Shown piece by piece: positions 28,090-40,000 of a stretch of 64,000 nucleotides of DNA (position 1 is its first letter; each line of letters begins with the position of its first letter). Under the pieces are notes generated by a model, which saw only the letters and a program-made list of their open reading frames with translations, was not told the DNA's origin and searched no databases. The position numbers and the translations under genes were made by a program. This DNA is from an uncultured bacterium (GTDB lineage Bacteria > Krumholzibacteriota > Krumholzibacteriia > Krumholzibacteriales > Krumholzibacteriaceae), in contig CAWFAD010000012.1 of NCBI GenBank assembly GCA_963813815.1, forward strand, positions 128,001 to 192,000. Direction: 5' to 3'.

Positions 28090-31000
28090 TTCGCCACGGC
28101 GATCTTGAAGAGCGCCGATTGCGAGCCAGCCTCGACCTTGCAGAGATACACGCCGTTTCTCACCGTTTCTCCGCGGGCGTTCCGCCCGTCCCAGGGGATC
28201 TCATGCATGATCCCGTCGGCGGAGCCGGTGCCGCCCTCCTCGCCCGAGGCGATTTCCTTCGTCCAGACGAGAATGCCGGCGAGATCGTAAATGCGGATCG
28301 ATACCGCCGCGTCCTCGAGCAGGAAGTAGCAAATGCGCGTTTCCTGCGATCCCGCGGCGAAGGGGTTCGGATAGTTGTGGACATAATCCTCGAAGCGCGC
28401 GCTCAGAACGGTCAGCGGACCGCTCAGGAACGAGCCGGCGATGTCCCCGCCCTGATCGTCCACGACGCCGACGCGCGATCCCGCGCCGCCGCCCTCGAGC
28501 GTGATCGAGAAAACGACGTCGGCGCTCTCTTCGATTTCGAAGCGAATCTCCCCTGCCGGGGCGTTCGCCGCGATATCGGCGGTGAGGAGCAGCGTGTCAG
28601 CGGCGCCGGGAACGACCTCGAACGCATGTCCCGCCACGATCGGCACCGGGTTCGCCTCCGAGACCGCCGCCTCGAAGCGAACCCCTCCCGCCACGAGCGC
28701 GACGCCCGACACCCGCCGCGAAGGCGGCGAGACGAGCCGGCCGGTCCCGTCCTTGATCGCCACGTAGAGCGTATCGAGCCCGATCGTGTAACCCGACGTG
28801 TTCTCGAACTCGGCGCGCATGATCGGCACGCCGGCGGCCCCCTGGGGAACGACGACCGGCGGGATGGTATCGAGGGAGGAGAGGTTCAACATGCGCACGG
28901 CGCCCGTCTCCGTCTGCACCGGCAGGAACACTTCGCCCGTCGTCACCGCGCAGGCGAGGTTCGTGTTGACGTCCTCCGCCAGCGGCTCGACGAACCTGAT
29001 CTGCAGGTTCCCGGGGGACGTGGGCTCGGCGGGCGCGCGCACGTTCCACGCGACGGGCTCGCCCGGATAGAACGGCTTCCGGTAGGTCTCGCCCGCTCCG
29101 TCGAGATCGTAATTCTGGCCCGAGGGCAGGACGAGCTCGATCCGCGCTCCCGCCGTGTCGACGCCCGCCTCGCCCGCATTGGCCGCCGTCGCTTCGATCG
29201 TGAACGACTGATTCACGGACAGGATCCCGTCGAGCGCCCCGTCGGGACCCGATATCCGCCCGGCGAGGGCGAGAGCCGCTTTTTCGACCGCGCGCACGGC
29301 GAACACGACGCGGCGAACGGGGAGCCGCTCGCCCGAGTTGGCGTCCACGCCTCCCGCCCGTCCGACGAGCGTGTCGACCGGAGCGGCGATCGAGGGCGCC
29401 CGAACGGTCCAATCGAGCGTTACGAGCTCTCCGGCGCCGGCTCCGACAAACTTGATCATGTCCCCCGCGACGGCGTACCCGGCGGGCGCCGAGAGCTCGG
29501 CCCACACCGAATCGGCGTTGACCGAGGGAACGAGCGCCACGCGCGCGACGAACTCCTGATCCGTCGAGAGAACGCCGTCGACGGCTCCCGCGGGGGCCGC
29601 CACGGACACCGAGCATTCGGCGATGCCTCCGGCCTCTTCCGTACGCGCGACGATGCGCGACTCGGCGGTTTGGATTGCCGCGGGCGAGCCGATATTGATG
29701 TCGTTCGGAACGGAGCTGATCGACGCCCGCAGGGTGTCGAGCGACGGAGCCGCCGGCGCTACCAGCGTCCACTCGAGCGGCGCGCCCGCGTCGAACCGCC
29801 TCGTGAGCGGATCCGCCGGATCGGCGAGGCTCATCGAGACCGGCAACGCGAGCGTCACCCTGCCCGTCGTATCGATCGCGGCTTCTCCCGCGTTTTCGAC
29901 GAGAACGGTCACGACGAAGATCTGACCGGTCGAAAGCGTGTCGTCGATCGCCCCCGCCGGCGAGGTGATGGAAGCGCCGCACGCGAGGAGCGCGGCGGTT
30001 TCAATCCTCAGATTCTCGATCGACTCGACGGCCTCCGCCGGCGTCACGGGCTCTCCCGTGTTGACGGAAACCGCCTTCACGATCGAGGCGCGCAGATATT
30101 CCACGGCGCTCGACGGCGCCGCCGTCACCGCGTAGACGAAATCCCGTTCGGTTCGCGACGGCATGTAGGCGAGAGAGTCTCCCTCGACGAGGGTGCCCGA
30201 AACGCCGCTCGTCGCGAGCCTCACGAGAACGCTGTCGAGATCGTCCCCGCCCGTATTCTCCACCCGCACCGTGAGGTTGAAGGTCTGGCCGGTGTTGACG
30301 ATCGACGTGTTCGCGAATGAGGCGTTGTTCGGCGCGTCGCTCGTCACGGCGACTATTCTGAGCCCGGAAGGAGGCCGCACGAGCACCGATCCGCTCCCCG
30401 AGGCCGGCGGTCGCGGCGCCTCGGGCTCGTTGCCGTCGATCCAACCGAGCGTGGCGGCGATATCGACCGAGCCGGTATCGCGGCCCGTCGCGGCGATTCG
30501 ATAGAGAAGCGTATCGGCCGCGCCTCCCTCGAGCACGAGCGGCGAGGCTCCCGACACGAAGGTCTCCGGCGCGATGACGAGGTACCCTCCGACCGAAACG
30601 CCGTCGATGGAGAATGCCAGATCGTCCGAAGCGGCGGCGTCGATCTCGAGCGGCGCCTCGCCGTCGTTCCGCACGCCGACATCGATGGTCCACTCGATGG
30701 TCTGTCCGGCGTTCACCGCCTCCTGCGAAGGGGTGACGGCGGTCACGACGAGCGCCGCCGGTCTCTGTATCACGGCCAGCGCCGTATCATCCACGGCGGC
30801 GTCGAACAGCACGTAATCGCTCTCACCCGAGTTGGCGTCGACGGCCGAGCGGATGCGCGCCGTGAAAATCTCCGAGCCCTCGCCATCCGCGGTCACGAGA
30901 AACGTGTCGGAAGCCGACGCGAACCCGGCGATGGCATCGATGAAGACGAGGGTGTCGGCGATGGCGGACGAGCCCGAACCCTCGAGCGCGACGCCGACGT

Positions 31001-34000
31001 TCTCGACTCGCGCCTCGCCGCCGTTCGCAACTTCGGCGACGACGACGAACTGCTGCCCCGAGTCGACGTACGGCGCGCGCGGAGCCGCGGTGGCCGCGAG
31101 CGCGACCGCCAGCCGGGCCTGCGCCTGCACGCGGATCGAGCCCGAACCCGAGCCGTCGAGCCGCGTGTCGTAGGAACGATGAACGCCGTTGTTGTTCTCC
31201 ACGAGCTCGACGTCCGCATGGAGCTCGATGTCGGCGCCCGCGGGAATCTCCGGCGTCGGAGAAACGGAGAACACGAGGTGGCGGCATTCGCCGCCCGGCA
31301 GATCGAGCCCCCCCTCGACGAACGCCGGCGGCCGCGCATGGGCGAGCGGCAGACCCTCGTCGCGGTAGACGCGCGCGCTGTCGGGGATGAGCGTGAGATC
31401 AGCCTCCCCCGCGTTGCAGACCTCGCACGCGATCTGCCACGGGGTCGTTTGCGCCGAGGTCACGGTCGCCCGCGAGGGCGCGCTCGAAACGACGGCGGGA
31501 TCGCCGGGCAGCTCGACCATGACGTGGCTGAAACCGCCGCTATAGGTATCGTCAGAGACGGTGAGATTGCTGTTGACGTCGGTGCCCGTCACCGTTCCGT
31601 TCACGAGGGCGATGCCCGGGGTCGAACCCGTGGAGGTCACCGTGAAGAGGAGACTGTCGACCGCCCCTCCCGGAAGAATGGCGCCTCCGATGCCCGAGAG
31701 CGCCGCCGGGCGTACGACGGTATATTCATACGTCCGGTCTCCCACCCCGACGATCGTAAAGGTGAGGAAGGTCTTCGCCGCCGCGAGATCGAGGGAAACG
31801 GACGCCTCGCCGCTGTTCCGGAGCTTCATCCATACGTTCCACGGCTCCGTCTGGGAGCGGGTCACCGATTGAGGCGTGACGATGCCGCTGATACCGAGCT
31901 GGGGCGCCTGCTCCACGAGAACGGAATCGGGCGAGAGCGGCAGCACGGTCGAGAACGGATTGCCGTTCTCCTCCCCGACGAGCCGGATGAACGCGGCGTG
32001 CCTGCCGAGCGAGAGAGCGACGTCGACGAGCGCGGCGTCGAAGAGCAGCGTTTGCTGGCTCGCGCTCGGCAGCACGTTGGGGGACACGTCCGAAAGCGAC
32101 GTGCGGACGGTGTCGCCGTCGGCGTCGCCGAAGCTGAGCGTCGTCGCCGAGCGATCGAGCGTGAGGGTCGAGCGCAGACCGGCATCCGCGGCGATAGCCG
32201 CCTCGAACGAGACGCTCGTGCCGCTGCTCGCGGCGAGTGGAGCGAGGCTTCCCGTCACGTACGACGGATCGGGAGGCAGCTCGAACGTGACGGTATCCTC
32301 CGGCGCCGCCCGCGACGCGAAGACGTGCCGGTCGCTCGTCGTTTCCACGGCGAGAACGGAGCCCGCGAGCGCCAGCGTTCCCGGAGAGATCATTCCCGTC
32401 GTCGACACGGTGAACACGAGCCGCCCCGCGGCGCCGCCGCGCAGAACGGTTCCGCCCTCGACGAGCGCGAGCGGATTGTCGATGACGAACCCCGATCCCC
32501 CCGGAATCACGACCCGGGTCGAATCGATCCGCCCCAGCTCGAGCGCCGCGTCCGACTGCCCGGTGTTGCGCACTTCCATTTCGACGCTCCACGCGCGATC
32601 CTGCGATACGGTCACGGGATTCTGGAGCGGCGTGATGCGGGAGATCGCGAGCGCGGCGGGCGTCTGCACGAGCACGTCCCCGCTGATTCCCTGATCGCCG
32701 CTCGCGAGAGAAATAATCCTGCCGCTCGTGAGCTCCGTGCCCCGGACGGTCGACTCGACGACGCAGGGTCCGGCGACCGAGCCGCTCCGGTCGATCCGCC
32801 AGCGGAGCGTATCCGTCGATCCTCCCTCGAGCACGACGCCGCCTCCGGCGAGCTCGACCGGCGGAACGACGATGAAATCGCCCGAGGTCGAGAAGGCGAT
32901 AAAGCTGGCCGCCGGATCGAGATCGAGCCCGAGGTCGGATTGACCGGCGTTCCGCACCGCCACGTCGCAGAACCAATCCTTCGTCTGAAGCGCCGTGACC
33001 GTGTCCGTCGAGGCCGTGACGGCCGCGAAGACGAGGCTCGCCGGCGTCTGCACGAGATAGCTCCCCTTGCCTCCGTACTCGGTCGTGGCGAGCAACGAAG
33101 CGCCGCTATTGAGATCCCGCCCCGCGAGAGCGGATTCGATGACGATCGTGCCCGTCGTCATGGCCCCGGAGGGATTGTCATCGAGCCTCACGAGAATCGC
33201 GCGCGTTTCGCCGCCGAGGAGAGAGTCGACATTGGGCGTGAAATCGAGCGGCGCGAGGATGCATTCCCCCGTCACATCGACCGGCCCGGCGAGGAGGCGC
33301 ATGGAAAAGCTCTCGAGGCGCACGGTGGCTCCGCCGTTGTTCCTGACCTGCACGCTCGCGAACCAGGGGGTCGCCTGATCCGCCGTGACCATGGGGGCGG
33401 GCAGCACCGTCGTGCTCGTGATGGCGAGCTGCGAGGGCTCTTGTACCCCGACGCTATCGGCGAGCGCGAAGATCGACGCGAAACGGAGGCCGTTCTCGGA
33501 TCCTCCGATCGCGAGTGAAGGCGGGTAGCTCCCGACGGCCATGTCTGAGGGCACGACGGCCGCTCTGAAATAGAGCGTCGCGACGCCGGGATCGATCGTT
33601 CGCCCGCGCGTCGCGTCGAGGGAGGCGGCATACGTCAGGGAGCCGTCCGTGAAGGTGAACCACGTCGAGTCGGGATCGCAGAGGACGCTCGCGCCCCCCG
33701 AGTTGGCCACGCCGACACCGAACGAGACGTCGCTCTGCTTGCTCACAACCGCCGGGGCGAGAGTGCCTATCACGTACGAGACCGCCGCGGGATCCACGAC
33801 CCTCATCTCGTCGGAGAGAACGAGCGTCGTATCGAAAAACCCGCCGTTTTCGGTTCCGCGGAGCCGCACCGCGACAGGCCAGCTTCCCGCGTCCATGGCC
33901 GTAGGCACAGAGACCGGCGGAAACACGAGCGCCGTGGCCGTGTTGCCCGGGATCGCCCCCGCGTAACCGAGCGGGACGGAAACGGCGTCGGCTCCGTCCG

Positions 34001-37000
34001 TGAAGGAGAGCCTCGTCTCCGACGGATCGAGTATGAGCGCCGCGTCGCCGGCGTTGCGCACGGAGAGGGAGAACGAATGCGTCTGCCCTCGCGATACGGT
34101 GTCCGGATCGAGCGTGGAGGCGACGTAGGACAGCGACGCCGCCGCCTGCACGAAGATGACCGACACGTTCGGATAGGCCGTTTGATCCTGCACCTGCGAG
34201 CCGTTGGCCTGCGCGGTGATCGACGCGTCGATCGTGTCGAAACCGAGCGGAGAGTAGCCGAGAGCGAATATATCATGACGGTAGAGCCGCTCCGCCCCCG
34301 GAGCGAGATCGTCCGGAAGCGGCGGATTCCAATCGCCGGCCATACCGTAGAAACCATTCGCGAACTTCAACGTTATGTCGATCACCGACACCGTCGAGCC
34401 GCCGCCGTTGCGCACGCGCACGTCCACGGTGAACGTGTCCCCCCGGCTCACGATCGCTTTCTCGGAAACGACCTGCAGGATGTCGACGTCCGAGACCGAT
34501 ACCGAATTCGATCCGGCGCTGAACTCGCCGCGGTACGAGAAACCGTAGATATCGTTCCCCGCGAGCGCCACGCGCGGCGTGTACGTGCCGCCGAGCAGGC
34601 CGGCGGGAACGACGACCGTTTGGAAGTCGAGCGTATCGGTCGCGGAGCCCCGCAGAAACGCGGGTGCCGCGAGATGAGCCTCGTAGACGTGTCCGAGACT
34701 GTCCGCGAACGATATGGTCGTCGCGGTCGAAAGGTACGTTCCCGTCGGACTCGTGTTGGAGGTCGAGCAGCGGAACTGAGCCGGCTCCGTGGGAAGGAGA
34801 TGCCGCGGCGCGAGGTAGCCCGCATAGAGGCAAACGGGCGCCGGAGCGAACACCACGGCCACCGATCCGACCGCGCTTCCAGTGACGCTCTGGAACTCGA
34901 CCGTCGAAACGGCCGGCGAGGTCGCGGAACGAACGAAGACGGACACCGCGCCGCTCGCCTCCGTCTGGCGCTCGACGGTGAGCGGCGTCGAGGGATCCTT
35001 GTCTTCGCTGATGACCGTTCCGGCGGAGGCCGTGACGCGCACGAGGGTGCCCGGCGCGACGACGTTGCCGTAGACATCGCGTATCGCCCCCGTGCTGATG
35101 GCGCTCGTGCTCGTGCCGTTCGCCGTGATGGTGTCGGGGATCACCGTCGCGATGCCGATCGCCCCGCTCGGCGCCTCGGGCGACACCGTGATCGTGCCGC
35201 TGTAGCTCGTGGCGCCCCCGGCGAGCGTCCGGGCCCGGAGAACGAGGAGCTCCGCGACGGTATCCCGGGCGCTCGCGGTCGCGCGGCCGGCCGACAGCGT
35301 GACCGGGTTTACGGCGAACGTCGCGGAGCCGTCGCTCGCGAGCAGCACCCGGGTCGTGTCGTCGTCGAACGCTTCGTTCCCGTACCCGTCGTACGCGATT
35401 ATCTCGACGGCGAAGCTCTCCCCCGCCTTTTTGGCGAAACCGTCCGGAATGACGTCGAACCGGGCGATGGTGCCCGCGATCGTCCCGACGTCGAACACGA
35501 CCTGCTCGAGCAGGGGCGGCGAGGCGTCGAGAATGGAGGCCGAAACCGAATTGACGCCGGCATTCGCGTCGGTCGTGAGCGCGCAGAGCGCCGCGCCGCC
35601 GGCGTCCGTGAGAACGAGCCCGTCGTTCGCGGCGCCGGTGCCGTCCCAGAGGACCGGGGATCCGCCGAGATCGCTCGTGACCTGAAAGCGAACGATCTCG
35701 TCCGGCGCGGCGTTGCCGTACCGGTCCGTCACGCGGGCCCTGAGATCGACGGAAGCCCCCGCGATGACCCCGGAGGTGTCTCCGTTGACCTCGACGACGC
35801 GGTAGGCGGCCGCCGGTTCGATCGCGATCTCCGCGCTCCAGGGAGCGAGCGTATCTCCGGCGAGCGAGAGGACGGCGATGCGGTTCGCCCCCGCCGTCGA
35901 ATCGAAAGCCGTGAACGAGGAGACGCCCGCGAGAAGCGTCATGACATCCGGGGTGAAATCGATCGACGCGCGCTCGGCCACCGCCCTGAGCCCGGTGCTC
36001 GAATCGGTATCGATCAGGTTACCGTAAACGTCGTACGCCGCGACCTCGCAGGTGAACATTTCTCCGGCCGTGAAGGACGTTCCGGGCAGCGACAGCGCGA
36101 CACGGTCGATGGCGCTCCGCGGAACGGTCGTCACGGTGAATCCCTGCGTCTCGAGACCCTCGGGACTCGCGTCGAGAATGGCGGCGCGCGCCCGATTCGT
36201 CCCGCAGAGCGTATCCGTGCGGAACCAAGCCCGAGCGACGCCCGCAGCGTCGCTCACCGCGAGCGGCGACGAGATCGCCCCGCCGCCTTCCTGCACGGTA
36301 AAGAACACGCTGTGGCCGTCGACCGTGTTGCCGTACGCGTCGAGCACACGCGCGGCGAGACGCACCGAATCCCCCACGGCGACTCCCGAGCTGTCCCCGC
36401 CGATCTTCACGAGCTGGTAGGCCGCTGCGTTGCCCACGGAGACGGCGCCGCTATACCCCTTGACGGCATTGCTCACGCTCGAGACCTCGACGCGGATGGG
36501 CTCCGCCACGGTGTACCGGAAATTGGCGCCGGCAAAGAGCCCGTTCACGAGCGTTCCGCTCGCGGGCGAAAGGGCGCTCGAGGCCGTCTGTGTGCTGTCG
36601 GAAGCCTCGACGGCCCTGAAATCGACCGTATAGCCGGCGGAGGCGACCCGGTTGCCGTAGAGATCGCGCGCCTCGGCCGTGACGGCGAACTCCGCCCCCG
36701 CGACCGCAGCGGCGGGAGCGGTGACGACGTAGGAGCTCACGACATCGTTCGCCACGATGAGAATCGGAATCTGCGCCGGCGCGAGGACCGCCGCTTCGTC
36801 CAGAGCGTCGATCTGCCATGAGCCGGCCCGCGTGCCTCGACCGTAGATGATAACGGCTCCCGAGGCGAGGTCCGCTTCGGTGATCGTCGCGCCGAAATCG
36901 CTCAAGCTGAACGAGAAGCCGCCGTCGACCGACGCTTGGAGAAGTATGCGGCTCGAGTTCGCGAGGTCCCGGTTGCCGTTCCCGTCGACCGCCTCGACGA

Positions 37001-40000
37001 CGAAGGAGAAGGTGATGCCCGCCTGCGACGTCGCCCCGGCGAGAACGGTCGCCCGCAGATCGGTCGCCCCGCTCGAAACGGACGAATAGACGGCGTCGAC
37101 GACGCTGGCGGAAGATACGGTGTTCGTGTAAGCGTCGATGGCGTCTTGCGCCCCGGCCGAGGCGGGGGCATGATACGTGACCGAAACGGTGCCGGTGCTA
37201 TCGCTCGTGCCGCGGCGCATCGACAGAGTGAGCTCTTCCGTCGTGCTGCCGGCCGCTGCGCTCAGATAGCCGTCGGCGGGAGTGTCCTTGATGTAGATCG
37301 TGACGTTTTCGTTGAAAACGAGGTTGTTGAAACCGTCCCGGAGCGTGGCCGTTACGGTCGTTTCCGTGTTCACCGTCACCGGCTTGCTCGCGGGGGCGAG
37401 CGCGACGGAGGCGACAGGTCCGTGATCGGTCGTCGCCGTGAAGACCGCTTCGCGAACGGTCCCGGTGGAAATCGCCGCCGTCGCTTCGTTCGTGTTGAGA
37501 CCGGCGACCGTTCCGAGCCGCCAGTATTCGCAGGATGCCGTTCCCGCGCCGCCCGTGACCGCCGTGGTCTGCACGCCCGCGAGCGCGACGCTCGCGTCGA
37601 TCGCGCCGCCCCCCGCCGTGGCGGCGAAGGCCACCGTGACGCCGGGCACCCGGTTTCCGAATGCATCCTCGACCGCGACGACGAGCTGCAGCGGCACCGG
37701 CGTATTGACGACCGCCCGCTGTCCGTCTCCGCTCACGGCGTAGACTCTATCCGCGCCCGCCGGAGAAACGGCGAGCGCCGTGGCGGACGCCGACGACACG
37801 CCGCCACTCGCCGCGGCGATCGTGATCGACTCCGCCAGGCGGTCCGTGATGAGGAGCTCCGCGTCCCCGCCGTCGATCGAGACGAACTGATAGGTCACGG
37901 TATCGCCGGCTTCGGACACGATGAAGCCCGCGGCGTTTCCGAGCCCCCACGTCGCCTCGTCGGCGGCCGCGGCCCTCACCGGATATACTTTGACCGTTCC
38001 GGCGAACGAGGTGAGCTTGTTGTTGTTGGCGTCCCGGGCGTCGATCGACACCGCCGCGGGAACCCCGGCCGTAGCCGTCCCGCCGTGCGTGACGATAAAG
38101 TGGTGGAGCGCTCCCGCCGTAAACGCCACGGGTACGACGTCATCGAGGAGAGCGCCTCCCGCGCGCGCCCGGATGCTCTTTATCTCCGCCACGGTCGACC
38201 GGACGCTCCCGGCCGCCCGGCCGTCCGCGCCCGTCACGACCGAGGGCTGAGCAATAGTGTTGCCGCTTCCCGTGCATTCGAGGGTCACGAGAACGCCGGG
38301 GATCGGATTCGAATCGGCGTCGCGCACGTACACGGTCACGATCACGGCATCCGCGCCGTCGGCGATGATCGCCGTTTTGTCGACCTGGATCTCGGAAACT
38401 ACCGGGTCGAAGGGGCCCGGCACAAAGCTCACGGCGGCTCCCGCCGTGACGAGCGCACCGTCCACGCGAGCCCGAATCGTTTTCGTCTCGGCGACGGTCG
38501 ATTTCACGCCGCCCCTCGCAAGGCCGTCCGGGCCCGTGAGCCCGACCGGCTGCCGTATGTCGTTCCCGCTCCCCGTGCACTCGAGCGCCACGACGCTCCC
38601 CGAGATCGGGTTCCCTTCCCCATCCCGAACAGTCACCGTCACGAGCACGGAATCGGCGCCGTCGGCCGTGATCGTCGTCTTGCTCACATCGAGGTCGGAT
38701 ACGTCAGGAGAGAAAGGCCCCGCCGCGAACGTGACAGGAATGCTCTCCGCCAAATAAACCGCGTCAACGAGCGCGCGTATCGTCTTACCCTCGGCCGCGG
38801 TCGATTTCACGCTTCCAACGGCCCGGCCCAGTACGTCGGTGAGGCTCCCCGGCTGCCGGATCGAGTTCTCCGTTCCCGTGCACACGATCGTCACGGCCTT
38901 GCCCGAGATCGGGTTCCCCTGCCCGTCCCGGACAGTCACCGTCACAACGATCGAGTCCACCCCGTCCGCCGTCGCCGTCGTCTTGCTCACCGCAATGTCC
39001 GACACCGACGGATCAAACGGTCCCGTCACGAACGAGACGGGAATGCTCTCCACCAGGTAAACCGCGTCAACGAGCGCGCTGATCGTCTTCCCCTCGGCCG
39101 CGGTCGATTTCACGCTTCCAACGGCCCGGCCCAGTGCGTCGGTGAGGCTCCCCGGCTGCCGGATCGAGTTCTCCGTTCCCGTGCACTCGAGCGCCACAAC
39201 GCTCCCCGAGATCGGGTTCCCCTGCCCGTCACGAACAGTCACCGTCACAACGATCGAGTCCACCCCGTCCGCCGTCGCCGTCGTCTTGCTCACCGCAATG
39301 TCCGACACCGACGGATCAAACGGACCCGTCACAAAGCTCACCGCCACGAGCTCCGTCAGATATATCCCGTTCGCTCGAGCGCGTATCGTCTTGCCCTCCG
39401 CCACCGTCGACGCCACGCTCCCCACCGCCACCCCACTCGCGTTCGTCACCGCACCCGGCTGCCGTACGTCGTTCCCGCTCCCCGTGCACTCGAGCGCCAC
39501 AACGCTCCCCGAGATCGGGTTCCCCTGCCCGTCACGAACAGTCACCGTCACAACGATCGAGTCCACCCCGTCCGCCGTCGCCGTCGTCTTGCTCACCGCA
39601 ATGTCCGACACCGACGGATCAAACGGACCCGTCACAAAGCTCACCACCACCTGCTCCGTCAGATATATCCCGTTCGCTCGAGCACGTATCGTCTTGCCCT
39701 CCGCCACCGTCGACGCCACGCTCCCCACCGCCACCCCACTCGCGTTCGTCACCGCACCCGGCTGCCGTACGTCGTTCCCGCTCCCCGTGCACTCGAGCGC
39801 CACGACGCTCCCCGAGATCGGGTTCCCCTCCCCGTCTCGAACAGTCACCGTCACAACGATCGAGTCCACCCCGTCAGCCGTCGCCGTCGTCTTGCTCACC
39901 GCAATGTCCGACACCGACGGATCAAACGGACCCGTCACAAAGCTCACCGCCACGAGCTCCGTCAGATATATCCCGTTCGCTCGAGCGCGTATCGTCTTGC

